A DNA stretch of 64,000 nucleotides from Elusimicrobiota bacterium (GTDB lineage: Bacteria; Elusimicrobiota; Elusimicrobia; UBA1565; UBA9628): positions 32,001-96,000 of the forward strand of contig DAHVNA010000002.1 in the NCBI GenBank assembly GCA_027319565.1, written 5' to 3'. Below the pieces are notes generated by a model. The model was not told the origin of the DNA. It ran no database searches and was given only the letters and a program-made list of their open reading frames with translations. Positions 30,113-38,883 of the stretch are shown piece by piece; the first letter of the stretch is position 1; every line of letters starts with the position of its first letter. Position numbers and translations under genes: made by a program.

Positions 30113-31761
30113 TATGCGATGTTTCCTACAATCTTTGCCGCCTCAATAGAGCCAGAAGCGGCAAGAAGGTTGGATAAAATCTTGCGCCCCTCCGGGTCAT
30201 GAGTCAAATCATAAACGAAAATGGAGTTCCCCGCGGTAAAAGCGGGCGTTCGCTTTTTAAGCCAGGAAAATACATTCTTATCTGCGAAATAGACCGCCTC
30301 AAGATTTGTTTCTGAAATGGCAAAAAAAAGCGGCCCGGATTTTTCCGGAAGGACGGTCCCGTCGCGACGATCGACATTGGAATAAAACGCCAGAGGAAAA
30401 TAGCGAATTCCTTCATATGAGGGATCCGCCACTCCGAAATAAGAAAGAATAATCGGAGGGTTTCCGCGCTTTTTGAGTTCGCGGCCCAAGTCTTTCAAGC
30501 CTTGCCCCCAATCCAAATTCGAATCGGCCAGAAGATGATAACCGCCGCTAGGCCCGCCGGTCAACTCGTTAAAATAAACAAGATAATGAGGGTAGGCCCG
30601 GATCACGCTTAGGGACGTCCAAAGCGCCCCCACCGCGAGAGTGGCGGCAAACACCCCTTGGGAAAGACGAAGTTTTAAAGCGGCGACAGAACGCGCCCCC
30701 AAAATAATCAAAAAAGGATAAATGGGGAGAATATGGCGATAGCCGATATCCGTTTTAGAAATCAGGGCCGCGATAAAATAAGCCGTCGGGGGCATCAAGA
30801 GCCAAATCTCCCGCTCGGACGGTTTTCTTAATGCCAGATAAATCCCCAGCGCGGCGAAAAGAAGGAGAGGAATCGGGGTTTTAACTGCAAGAGCGACCGG
30901 AAAAAAATCCCAGAAGCCATTTTGGCTATAGCGGCCCCATAAAAAAGACGGGCGGCCTTGATTGAGCCTTGTCAGCGTTTTAAGAAGCCCGCCCCAATAG
31001 AGGGAAAAGCCGCTCAAGCGATAGGAAAACGCAAGAATGAGAGCCGCTAAAAAGACAAAAACGAGAATTTGAGAAATTTTTGGCCGACGCTTGGGAGAGA
31101 CCCGCGCCTCGGTTAAAAGAGCGCTGACAATGACAATGGGAAGAATAATCATGCTAAATTTCGAAGCCAAAGCCCCGCCAAGGCAAACCCCGGACAAGGC
31201 CCAATCCCTCCAAATGCGATTAGGACGGGCAAGAAAAAAACAGGTCAAAAAATAAAAGACGGCGGGCAGCGCATCAGTAGTGGCCAGGGCGAAATTGGAA
31301 AAAATCGGCGGACAAAAGGCGAGAAAAAAAGAGGCCGCAAGAAAAGCCGCCTCCCGGCCCAAACTCCAAGACCAGGCTAACGCCGCGGGAAACAAAATTA
31401 AAAGAAGGCTGATTAAATTCCAGGTTCGGGCGGAATTAAGCAAACGGGAAGCCTCAACCCGATTTTTATAGATAAATTGATCCGAAAAATTATAAAGCCT
31501 CCCAAAATCAGGATTTAAGGTCATGGTCGAAGGATTTAAGAGAAGAAGAGGCAAGGCCCCCCACATTTCCGCCAAGGGCGGATGATCGCGCCAGTTCAGC
31601 GGCGGCAGCTGGGTTTTAAGCGCGAGATATCCGCTCGCCAAATGGACCGGCTCGTCATATGTCGCCGAGGAATCTTCAATCTGGGAAATTCCAAAAAATA
31701 CCGCCGTAAAAAACGCGGATACGGCCGCCAACCCCAGCCCTACGATTTTAGCCTTCGACAC
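30109..31761 (-). CDS. ArnT/PMT-like GT-C glycosyltransferase
   Basis: SATYDEPVH, HPPL, multiple TMs, GYRHILP, DSNLDWGQ. Confidence 0.85.
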   Translation of the reverse strand: MSKAKIVGLGLAAVSAFFTAVFFGISQIEDSSATYDEPVHLASGYLALKTQLPPLNWRDHPPLAEMWGALPLLLLNPSTMTLNPDFGRLYNFSDQFIYKNRVEASRLLNSARTWNLISLLLILFPAALAWSWSLGREAAFLAASFFLAFCPPIFSNFALATTDALPAVFYFLTCFFLARPNRIWRDWALSGVCLGGALASKFSMIILPIVIVSALLTEARVSPKRRPKISQILVFVFLAALILAFSYRLSGFSLYWGGLLKTLTRLNQGRPSFLWGRYSQNGFWDFFPVALAVKTPIPLLLFAALGIYLALRKPSEREIWLLMPPTAYFIAALISKTDIGYRHILPIYPFLIILGARSVAALKLRLSQGVFAATLAVGALWTSLSVIRAYPHYLVYFNELTGGPSGGYHLLADSNLDWGQGLKDLGRELKKRGNPPIILSYFGVADPSYEGIRYFPLAFYSNVDRRDGTVLPEKSGPLFFAISETNLEAVYFADKNVFSWLKKRTPAFTAGNSIFVYDLTHDPEGRKILSNLLAASGSIEAAKIVGNIAY

Positions 31762-31850
31762 GGCTTATTCTATAACTTAAGGAATCTTTTCGTCTTTACA
31801 TATTGGGACTGGAAAATTTAACAAGCGCCTGTTATACTACGGATAGGTCT

Positions 31851-32450
31851 ATGAGCGAAGTCCTTGTTCTCAATCGTAGCTTTTGCGCCGTCGAGGTCTC
31901 CTCTTGGCAGAGGGCCTTGTCTCTCCTTTATTTAGGAAGAGCCTCGGTGGTCGGAGAAGACTATCAAACCCACAATTTTAAAGACTGGTTGGAACTTTCC
32001 CGAGTCATTAAAAAAAACCCCGCGGGCTTTGTCAGCACCCCTTCCTTTAAAATCGCCATTCCGGAAGTCATCGCCCTTAACTTTTTTGACAAAGTGCCCC
32101 TCAGGGAAATTCCCTTTACCCGGCGCAATATTTATCTCCATTACAAGCATCGCTGTTGCTACTGCGGGAAAAAATTTGCCCTCAATCAACTTAACCTCGA
32201 TCATGTCATTCCCAAATCCCGCGGCGGAAAAACTGATTGGTCTAATATCGTCACTTCCTGCGTGCCTTGCAATTTGAAAAAGGGAAATCGCCTTCCCAGG
32301 GAAGCGGGAATGCGACTACTGATTCCCATCTCCCGCCCAAAAATGAAGCGGGGCTCTATCGTCTTTATGCGCGCTCCAGCGCAGTTGCGCAGGTCCTGGC
32401 AGCGATTTATTGACAACGCTTATTGGGACGCGCCCCTTGAAAACGAATGA
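31851..32450 (+). CDS. HNH endonuclease (VLVLN-type)
   Basis: VLVLN, TRRNI, CCYCG, LDHVIPKSRGG, WSNIVTSCVPCN. Confidence 0.9.
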   Translation: MSEVLVLNRSFCAVEVSSWQRALSLLYLGRASVVGEDYQTHNFKDWLELSRVIKKNPAGFVSTPSFKIAIPEVIALNFFDKVPLREIPFTRRNIYLHYKHRCCYCGKKFALNQLNLDHVIPKSRGGKTDWSNIVTSCVPCNLKKGNRLPREAGMRLLIPISRPKMKRGSIVFMRAPAQLRRSWQRFIDNAYWDAPLENE

Positions 32451-33406
32451 TCTCTCTTCCCTTTGATGTTCCTTGGCCGCTTTCTGTTCCTTCTTCTCGA
32501 ACCGCGGATAAAGACCGCTTCGAAAGTCTTTATGGCGAGGTTAAGGATTTCTCCCGGCGCTGGGAAAGATCTAATCAACTCGGAAAACTTCTGAGCAAAC
32601 CACTTCCTCTCAACGATTCATTTGAGTTCGGAATTTTGGGAGATTCCGAGCCCGGAAGATTTTGGATATTTAGAAAACTTTTCAGCGAGCCGGAGGTATT
32701 TACCAAACATCTTCATGCGCTTAGAAATCTCCCGCTTGATTTTATGTTTCAACTGGGAGATATGGTCAGCCGCGGGACTCTTGAAAATTACCGGAATTTT
32801 TTTCAGACCCTCTCAAGCGCGCCTCCGCTAATCCCTTATTTAACGGTCATTGGAAATCACGACCGCTCAAGACCCAACGGAAAATCTCACTCAAAACTCT
32901 ACCGCTCCTTCTTCGGCTCAAAAACCAACTATTTCTTCGATCGCGGCCCGGCCCGTTTAATCGTTTTAGATTCCAGCCGCGCCAAAATCACCCGGGCACA
33001 ACTGCGCTGGCTCAATTTAGCTCTCAAAACTCCCCTCAAAAAAATCGTCTTGACCCATATGCCCCCCATGAGCCTGCGATTTTGGAACGACATTCCCATT
33101 TCCTGCCGGGGCGGATTTAAAAAAGGCTCTTCTGAATTTATCGAAATGATGGCCCGGCATAAAGTCGACCGGGTATATACCGGTCACATACACGCCTTTG
33201 CGGTCTGCGATTTTAAAGGGGTGCGCTACGTCTTGACCGGCGGGGGAGGATCCCCGCTATTTCCCTCCGGAGTGGCGGATAAGTTTTATCACTCGCTGAC
33301 AGTTTCAATTTCCCCTTGCGGAATCAAAGACAAGGTTCGCCTCCTCAGCGGAGACAATTTCCATATCCCCGAGGGAAAAGTCTTTTTAAATAAATTTCAA
33401 ATCTAA
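32447..33406 (+). CDS. calcineurin-like metallophosphoesterase
   Basis: GDS, GDMV, GNHD, THMPP, GHIH, TGGGG. Confidence 0.85.
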   Translation: MISLPFDVPWPLSVPSSRTADKDRFESLYGEVKDFSRRWERSNQLGKLLSKPLPLNDSFEFGILGDSEPGRFWIFRKLFSEPEVFTKHLHALRNLPLDFMFQLGDMVSRGTLENYRNFFQTLSSAPPLIPYLTVIGNHDRSRPNGKSHSKLYRSFFGSKTNYFFDRGPARLIVLDSSRAKITRAQLRWLNLALKTPLKKIVLTHMPPMSLRFWNDIPISCRGGFKKGSSEFIEMMARHKVDRVYTGHIHAFAVCDFKGVRYVLTGGGGSPLFPSGVADKFYHSLTVSISPCGIKDKVRLLSGDNFHIPEGKVFLNKFQI

Positions 33407-33816
33407 GGCTGGTACTCGGCGTAGGAGTTTTGGGTTTCCCACAATTTCACCGAGCGAACGTCCAGATCTTGTTTTTTCGCGTAATCGAAAATATATTTGG
33501 CGATGTTTTCCGCCGTCGGGTTGGAAGGGAAAAGCACCACTGGATCTCCCATCTTCTGAAGAACCGGAACCAAAGGGTCTTTTGCGTTTAAAATCATCTT
33601 ATGATCCAGTTCCGCATCCACCCACGCTTGAATCTTTTTTTTAATCTCGTCAAAATCAATCACCATCCCCAAGGAATCCAAAACAGAGGATGAAATCGTG
33701 ATTTCTAAAACGCCATTATGCCCATGGGGATGGCGACATTTGCCCGCGTATTCGAGAAGGCGATGCCCGTAACAGAAATGAATGACCCGGGTGACTTGAT
33801 ATTGTTTCGGATTCAT
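33403..33816 (-). CDS. queD: 6-carboxytetrahydropterin synthase / PTPS
   Basis: CRHPHGHN (CxxxHGH), GMVIDF, LDH, PTAEN, WET. Confidence 0.85.
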   Translation of the reverse strand: MNPKQYQVTRVIHFCYGHRLLEYAGKCRHPHGHNGVLEITISSSVLDSLGMVIDFDEIKKKIQAWVDAELDHKMILNAKDPLVPVLQKMGDPVVLFPSNPTAENIAKYIFDYAKKQDLDVRSVKLWETQNSYAEYQP

Positions 33817-34544
33817 GCGATTAATCTCCCTCCATCAACCGGAATCTGCGCGCCGGTCATGAAAGATCCGGATTTGATTAAAAAAGCGACGGCTTGAACT
33901 ATATCTTGCGGCGAGCCGATTCTTTTGAGAGGAGTCGCCTCAATTACCGAGCGCTTAAACTTCGGCGATGACTTTTCCGGAAGCAAAACCGGCCCCGGCA
34001 ATATCGCGTTGACCCTGATTTTTGGAGCCAAGGCCTTGGCCAAGACGGTATTAAGACACAAGAGCCCGGCCTTAGAAACGCAATAGGGGATAAAATCGGG
34101 ATAGGGCCGAATGCCGGCCCAATCGGCGATATTGATTATTTGTCCCCCATTTTTCATCCACGGAACGATTTCTTGGGCCAGGAAAAAAGGCGCTCGCAAA
34201 TTGGCGTTTAAGTGGCGATCCCAATCCTTGAGACTTGTTTTCCCAAATTGATTTTTTTCATAGATAGAAGCGTTGTTAATCAGAACGTCGATTTTCTTGA
34301 AATAATTTCCCGCCAGCCAAACGGCTTTTTTAATTTGGAGAGGATTCTCTAAATTAGCTTGAATCGCCTTCGCCTGCCCCGGATGAATGCGATTGATTTG
34401 AGACGCCAGCTCCAAGGCTTCTTTTTTCGAGCGGTGGTAATGAAGAGCGATTTTCATCCCTTGATGGGATAAAAAAAGCGCAATCTCGCGTCCAATACGC
34501 TTAGACGCGCCCGTCACGAAAGCGACCTTGCCGGAAAGGTTCAT
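33813..34544 (-). CDS. pteridine reductase-like SDR (PTR1/FolM type)
   Basis: TGASKRIG, ALHYHRS, NNAS, YCVSK, APKIRVNAILPG. Confidence 0.8.
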   Translation of the reverse strand: MNLSGKVAFVTGASKRIGREIALFLSHQGMKIALHYHRSKKEALELASQINRIHPGQAKAIQANLENPLQIKKAVWLAGNYFKKIDVLINNASIYEKNQFGKTSLKDWDRHLNANLRAPFFLAQEIVPWMKNGGQIINIADWAGIRPYPDFIPYCVSKAGLLCLNTVLAKALAPKIRVNAILPGPVLLPEKSSPKFKRSVIEATPLKRIGSPQDIVQAVAFLIKSGSFMTGAQIPVDGGRLIA

Positions 34545-35299
34545 GCCTTATTTTCGCTTTTTTTAAGATAAATCAGAAATTCCCGATTTCCCTTGGCTCC
34601 CGAAATCGGCGATTCGATCATCCCACATTCTTTAAGACCCACCGAGGGTAAAAAGTTCCGGATTTTTGATATCGCGATCTGACGCGCCTCTTCCGTCCGA
34701 ACGATTCCCTTGGGCGCCAGCTTCGGCCCTACTTCAAACTGCGGCTTAATCAAGGCGACGATCTCCGAAGGTTCTTCCAAACAGTCGGAAACGGGTTTTA
34801 GGACCTGGGTTAATGAAATAAAGGATACATCAATGACCGCCAAGGATGGCCGCGGGGAAAATTCCCCGGGATTTAAAAAACGGGCGTTGATTTTCTCGTA
34901 AACGACCACCCTTAAATCGTCCATGATTTTTTGGGCGATCTGTCCATGTCCGACATCGAGAGCGTAAACCTTTTTCGCGCCTCTTTGAAGCAGGCAATCG
35001 GTAAAACCGCCGGTGGAGGCTCCGACGTCCAGGGCAATTTTTCCGGCGACATCGATATGAAAAGCCTGTAGGGCCGCCTCAAGCTTAAAGCCCCCGCGAG
35101 AGACGTAGGGACAGGGAAGAGAAATTTCTATCAAGGCTGATTTTAAAACCAGGGTCCCCGCCTTGGTGATTACCGCGTCATCAACGCGAACCTGCCCCGC
35201 CATCACGGCGGCCAAGGCTTTTGACCGGGTTTCAAAAAAACCGCGCTCAACTAACAGAACATCCAACCTTTCTTTTTTAATTCGCTTCGGACTCTCCAC
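34541..35299 (-). CDS. tlyA: TlyA rRNA 2'-O-methyltransferase
   Basis: S4 domain RLDVLL, YVSRGGFKL, DVGASTGGFT, DVSFIS, LIKPQFE; GTG start at 35299 inferred from -10 position. Confidence 0.93.
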   Translation of the reverse strand: MESPKRIKKERLDVLLVERGFFETRSKALAAVMAGQVRVDDAVITKAGTLVLKSALIEISLPCPYVSRGGFKLEAALQAFHIDVAGKIALDVGASTGGFTDCLLQRGAKKVYALDVGHGQIAQKIMDDLRVVVYEKINARFLNPGEFSPRPSLAVIDVSFISLTQVLKPVSDCLEEPSEIVALIKPQFEVGPKLAPKGIVRTEEARQIAISKIRNFLPSVGLKECGMIESPISGAKGNREFLIYLKKSENKA

Positions 35300-35305
35300 A
35301 TCATA

Positions 35306-35312
35306 TATCATA
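35306..35312. promoter_or_regulatory. overlapping bidirectional -10 elements
   Basis: TATCAT (+, 35306-35311) 6 nt before ATG 35318; TATGAT (-, 35307-35312) 7 nt before GTG 35299. Confidence 0.6.
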
Positions 35313-35317
35313 GAAGA

Positions 35318-36205
35318 ATGTCGGAGACTTTTGATTGCCGCTCAATCGCGGAGAAATTCAAAGGGTGGGCCCAAGGGGAACTGACTCGCCTGCCTCAAAT
35401 CCCGACTCTGGCCACAGTTCTCTTTAAACCCCGCGCGCAAGAAGCTTCTATTCAATACCGCGATTTAGTTCTCAAAGACGCCGCCCGGCTGGGATTTAAC
35501 GCGAAAAAATTTGAACCGGCCTCTGAAAGCGAGCTTTGGTCTTTGATTGGAAAACTGAATCTAAATTCATCTATCTCCGGAATTCTCATCTTTTATCCGA
35601 TTCATGGATCCATGCCGGATGAGGACTTAATGGATTTAGTCAGCCCTCTTAAAGACGTCGAAGGTCTTCATTCCCTCAATCTTGGGTATCTGATCAAATA
35701 CAAAAAATTTTTAGACGCGGGCCAAATGACCAAATGCGTCGTTCCCGCGACCGCGAAAGCCGTCGTCAAAACCCTTCAAGAACACGGGGTTCCAATCGCG
35801 GGCTCTTTTGTCTCGATCGTCAATAATTCGATGCGGGTGGGAAAACCCCTGGGGCTCATGCTGGAAAATTTGGGCGCGACGGTCGTCAAATGCCACGATA
35901 AAACCCAAAAAACTGATTTGGAGGAATGCGTCCGGCGCGCGGATATTTTAGTGACGGCGGTCCCCAACCCCGATTTTTCAATTGACCCGCGATGGATTAA
36001 GAAAGGCTGTTCGGTTGTCGATGTCTCTTATCAAGGAAATATCGACGTTGTAAATGCCCGGGAATTTTCAAAAATCATCACCTCTCCGGACAACCGAATC
36101 GGACAGGTGACCCGCGCGCTTTTATTCGTCAACCTGATTTACTGCGCGAAGGCCCTTAATAATTCCGCTTCGGCTACTCCAATCCTAAAGACACTGGCTC
36201 CTTAA
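35318..36205 (+). CDS. FolD-family methylenetetrahydrofolate dehydrogenase, Mtd1-like (probably monofunctional)
   Basis: KDVEGL, VPATAKAV, NNSMRVGKPL, ADILVTA, WIKKG..VVD; lacks the YxxxK lysine. Confidence 0.75.
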   Translation: MSETFDCRSIAEKFKGWAQGELTRLPQIPTLATVLFKPRAQEASIQYRDLVLKDAARLGFNAKKFEPASESELWSLIGKLNLNSSISGILIFYPIHGSMPDEDLMDLVSPLKDVEGLHSLNLGYLIKYKKFLDAGQMTKCVVPATAKAVVKTLQEHGVPIAGSFVSIVNNSMRVGKPLGLMLENLGATVVKCHDKTQKTDLEECVRRADILVTAVPNPDFSIDPRWIKKGCSVVDVSYQGNIDVVNAREFSKIITSPDNRIGQVTRALLFVNLIYCAKALNNSASATPILKTLAP

Positions 36206-36738
36206 TCTTCGTCGGGGAGGGTCTCGCTACGCACTCGCGCCCAAGCTTTCTGGGCTTGAGGGGTCAAAGACTTCATGTTTTGGAGAAAGAGAGACACTTT
36301 CCAAATTTGTTCCGAAGTCAAGGTGTGGGCGAAAGAGGGCATCCCGGTCATGCGAATTCCGTGGAAGACCTTCCAAAAGGTATGCCCCGGCGGATCGTCT
36401 TCAACGCCATCTTTGGCCAGCTGCGGGGGTCTCTGATAAAGACCGAGAGCGATATGAGAGGGTTGTCCGTCGGAAGCCCCGTGGCAGACCGCGCAGTTTT
36501 GAGCATAGATCTCAATTCCCTCAATCAAATTTTTATCATTGAGCGTTTCCGGGTTTGGGGTCTTGGGCGCTTGGCGGTTAATGACGGCGCGCAAAGCGGT
36601 TTTGGCGATGGTTTTTTCAAGCCAAGAGGGCTTGGCATCGGCGTTGGCCGGAGCGTATCCCAATTTAATGACAAGAGCGGCGACGATGACGCCGCCGACA
36701 ATCAGACTTAAAGCTCCCAGAATCATTCCTTTAATCAT
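36202..36738 (-). CDS. membrane-anchored monoheme cytochrome c
   Basis: CAVCH, GIRMTGMP; N-terminal TM; SD AAGGAG. Confidence 0.9.
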   Translation of the reverse strand: MIKGMILGALSLIVGGVIVAALVIKLGYAPANADAKPSWLEKTIAKTALRAVINRQAPKTPNPETLNDKNLIEGIEIYAQNCAVCHGASDGQPSHIALGLYQRPPQLAKDGVEDDPPGHTFWKVFHGIRMTGMPSFAHTLTSEQIWKVSLFLQNMKSLTPQAQKAWARVRSETLPDED

Positions 36739-36869
36739 ATGAATCTCCTTTTTCTCATTTCCGGCGCGACGCTTTTATTGTGGCATAAAGCGAGAGTTTT
36801 TTCAAAACTCCCGCCCCGTGGTGCGGCGCGCGATGGATTAAAATATAAAGAAACGTTGGAATCACTCCA

Positions 36870-37508
36870 CTAACGACCCGATCGGAATCCTCGGGAATCT
36901 TGCGGAGGTCCAGCGATTTTTCCCGATTTTCGAAACACATCGTCGGCCATGTCGAAAACTAAAACCCCTGATGGATTCGCCGGCCGCCGAAGAAGCGGGC
37001 CGACAAATTTTTTGAACGACTCGTGCGCGGGATCGAAAAATTTAGGATCCGTAATGATGGGAGTTCCTATGTAATAATTGGCGTCGCCTTGGGACTTAAA
37101 CGTCACCAAAAATCCATCCTCGAAACCTCCTCCGACTCCCTCGCCGCTGATTTGAGAACCCGCCTCGATCGACTGAATGTAGGGCTCGCCATTTCGGATG
37201 CAGCGCTTTTTCAAGGATAAAAACTTCCGGCGCACTGCGGTTTTCTGTTCGCTTGTGATGGAGGCGCCATAACGAAACAAGACGATATGTCGAACTATCC
37301 CCGGTTTATAGTTTGGGTCCGTGAACGCTTTAATCCCAACCGAACGGAGTTCCGCTTTTTTTCTGGCGACATAAGGATTTTGCGCCATTTCGCCTTGGGC
37401 TGTTGTGGCGGCCATTTCCTTGGGGGCGGCGGCTAGCGCGGTTTGGAAAAACACAACAGCGGCTAAATTGCCGACGATCAGGGATAGAGATTTCTTCAAG
37501 GCGACCAT
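36870..37508 (-). CDS. exported Dabb (stress-responsive A/B barrel) protein
   Basis: Signal peptide; VRHIVLFRY, SGEG..GF..GF.VTF, DPAH..FK. Confidence 0.8.
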   Translation of the reverse strand: MVALKKSLSLIVGNLAAVVFFQTALAAAPKEMAATTAQGEMAQNPYVARKKAELRSVGIKAFTDPNYKPGIVRHIVLFRYGASITSEQKTAVRRKFLSLKKRCIRNGEPYIQSIEAGSQISGEGVGGGFEDGFLVTFKSQGDANYYIGTPIITDPKFFDPAHESFKKFVGPLLRRPANPSGVLVFDMADDVFRKSGKIAGPPQDSRGFRSGR

Positions 37509-37607
37509 GTTCTATCCTACCTTATACCTGCCGATCCTAGCGCAGGTCTTCATTTTTTTAAACTGTTGCAATAGCACATTGAACTTGCATAGTTTTCGTT
37601 CCTGGGA

Positions 37608-37745
37608 TTACGGAAGGCCGAGCCTCGCCGAAAACGGATGTGATTTTGGTCGCGGGAAAGGATATCCCATGGCCGGTGAGGCCATGAAGACCGCGAAAAT
37701 CAGCGAGATGCAAAAAGATTTATTTGATTGCATGCTCATGAACAT
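37608..37745 (-). pseudogene. truncated gene fragment (signal peptide only)
   Basis: SD GGGAG then MFMSMQSNKSFCISLIFAVFMASPAMG, a signal-peptide pattern, with a stop about 18 codons later; overlaps the upstream gene end. Confidence 0.35.
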
Positions 37746-38559
37746 CTGGCTCCCGCGCCACAACGAACCCGAATTTATCCTCCATTGCATGGAATTCCTT
37801 ATTACTTAATTTTTGCACATCAATTTTTTCTATTTTATTCGGGTAAGTCCAATGGATGAAGTATTGGCAAAGGAGTTCCGGATAATCGGCGTCTTTGCCG
37901 GCCATACCCATATGCCCCGCCCCAAAAAGGGCTTCCTTGCCGTCGGATGAAATTCCCAGGGGCTCATAGATGGGAAGCTTCCACGGCACTTGAGCGGCGA
38001 TGGTCCCGTCCGCATCAATCACCCCGCAAAAATCGTGGAACTCGCCCTTGGGATTGTGCGCAATAATGCCCCCCCTGCCGACTATAGCCGATTCTTCTGG
38101 GTCATTGGAACTGTATGGAATTGTCGGGTCCGTGCACACCGCGACTGCTGGCACGGGATCCGTGCGCACCTCGGTAGCCAGCACGGACCTCGAGGGGTAA
38201 TCCCAATTAAGGCGCTGTTGGAAGGTCATGCTTTTAAACGGTTTCACGGGGCTGGGTTTTCTTCTTCCCGTTTCTTGCCCTATTTTCTTCGCTTCGGATG
38301 GTCCGACATTGTGAAAGAAGTCGATCCGATACTGGTAGATCAGGGCCATGTTGTTTTGGTAGTAGATACCGCCAACGCTCCTCTGGTCATTCGGCACGAA
38401 GTCCTTAGGCCCAGTTCTAGGAAAACTATCCCCGAAGACTGTAAAAGTATCCGCCGCGATTAAAACCGCCGACAGAATCATCCGCGATATGCGCCGCGCG
38501 GAGGCGTCTTTTTTCGTTTGATTTCTTTCGCCACTTTTCCCTTTACCTGTTTGTCTCAT
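37720..38559 (-). CDS. hypothetical exported protein
   Basis: SD GGAG before ATG 38559; basic N-terminus and hydrophobic segment ILSAVLIAA; no family recognised. Confidence 0.6.
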   Translation of the reverse strand: MRQTGKGKSGERNQTKKDASARRISRMILSAVLIAADTFTVFGDSFPRTGPKDFVPNDQRSVGGIYYQNNMALIYQYRIDFFHNVGPSEAKKIGQETGRRKPSPVKPFKSMTFQQRLNWDYPSRSVLATEVRTDPVPAVAVCTDPTIPYSSNDPEESAIVGRGGIIAHNPKGEFHDFCGVIDADGTIAAQVPWKLPIYEPLGISSDGKEALFGAGHMGMAGKDADYPELLCQYFIHWTYPNKIEKIDVQKLSNKEFHAMEDKFGFVVAREPDVHEHAIK

Positions 38560-38747
38560 GTCGTTTCTCCATATGCACGAAATGGCAAGTCTGAAAACGT
38601 CCCGCCCCGGTTTGGTTCGAGCGTCCCCATAGGCCGCGCCTTGGCCTGTATTTTCGAACTGGGCGCCTCGACGCATGAGGGCGGGTTGCGGTCGATGGAG
38701 ATGATTGCGGCGGCAGGACTTGGATTCGCCAGGGCCCGCTGATACAT
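38556..38747 (-). CDS. small leaderless ORF (63 aa), possibly chimeric or relic
   Basis: TAGAAT 6 nt before ATG 38747; stop overlaps the next ATG (ATGA); no recognisable family. Confidence 0.3.
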   Translation of the reverse strand: MYQRALANPSPAAAIISIDRNPPSCVEAPSSKIQAKARPMGTLEPNRGGTFSDLPFRAYGETT

Positions 38748-38763
38748 GCTCTGATTCTAGCGC

Positions 38764-38798
38764 TTTACATTTTGCAGAATCAAAATTCAAAATGTAAA
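38764..38798. promoter_or_regulatory. 11-bp perfect inverted repeat, putative operator
   Basis: TTTACATTTTG-N13-CAAAATGTAAA between divergent promoters. Confidence 0.5.
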
Positions 38799-38883
38799 CT
38801 TTTGGGTGGGCCATCTGGCCTAGACTCGTTTTGTAACTAGAACTTTTTGCCTTCCAAAGAATAAGACTGATATCATAAAAGGG

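Noticed and set aside
38560..38814. 85-aa N-terminal extension of the 364-aa ORF
   Set aside because: It overlaps promoter and palindrome elements; an SD and ATG at 38559 fit better
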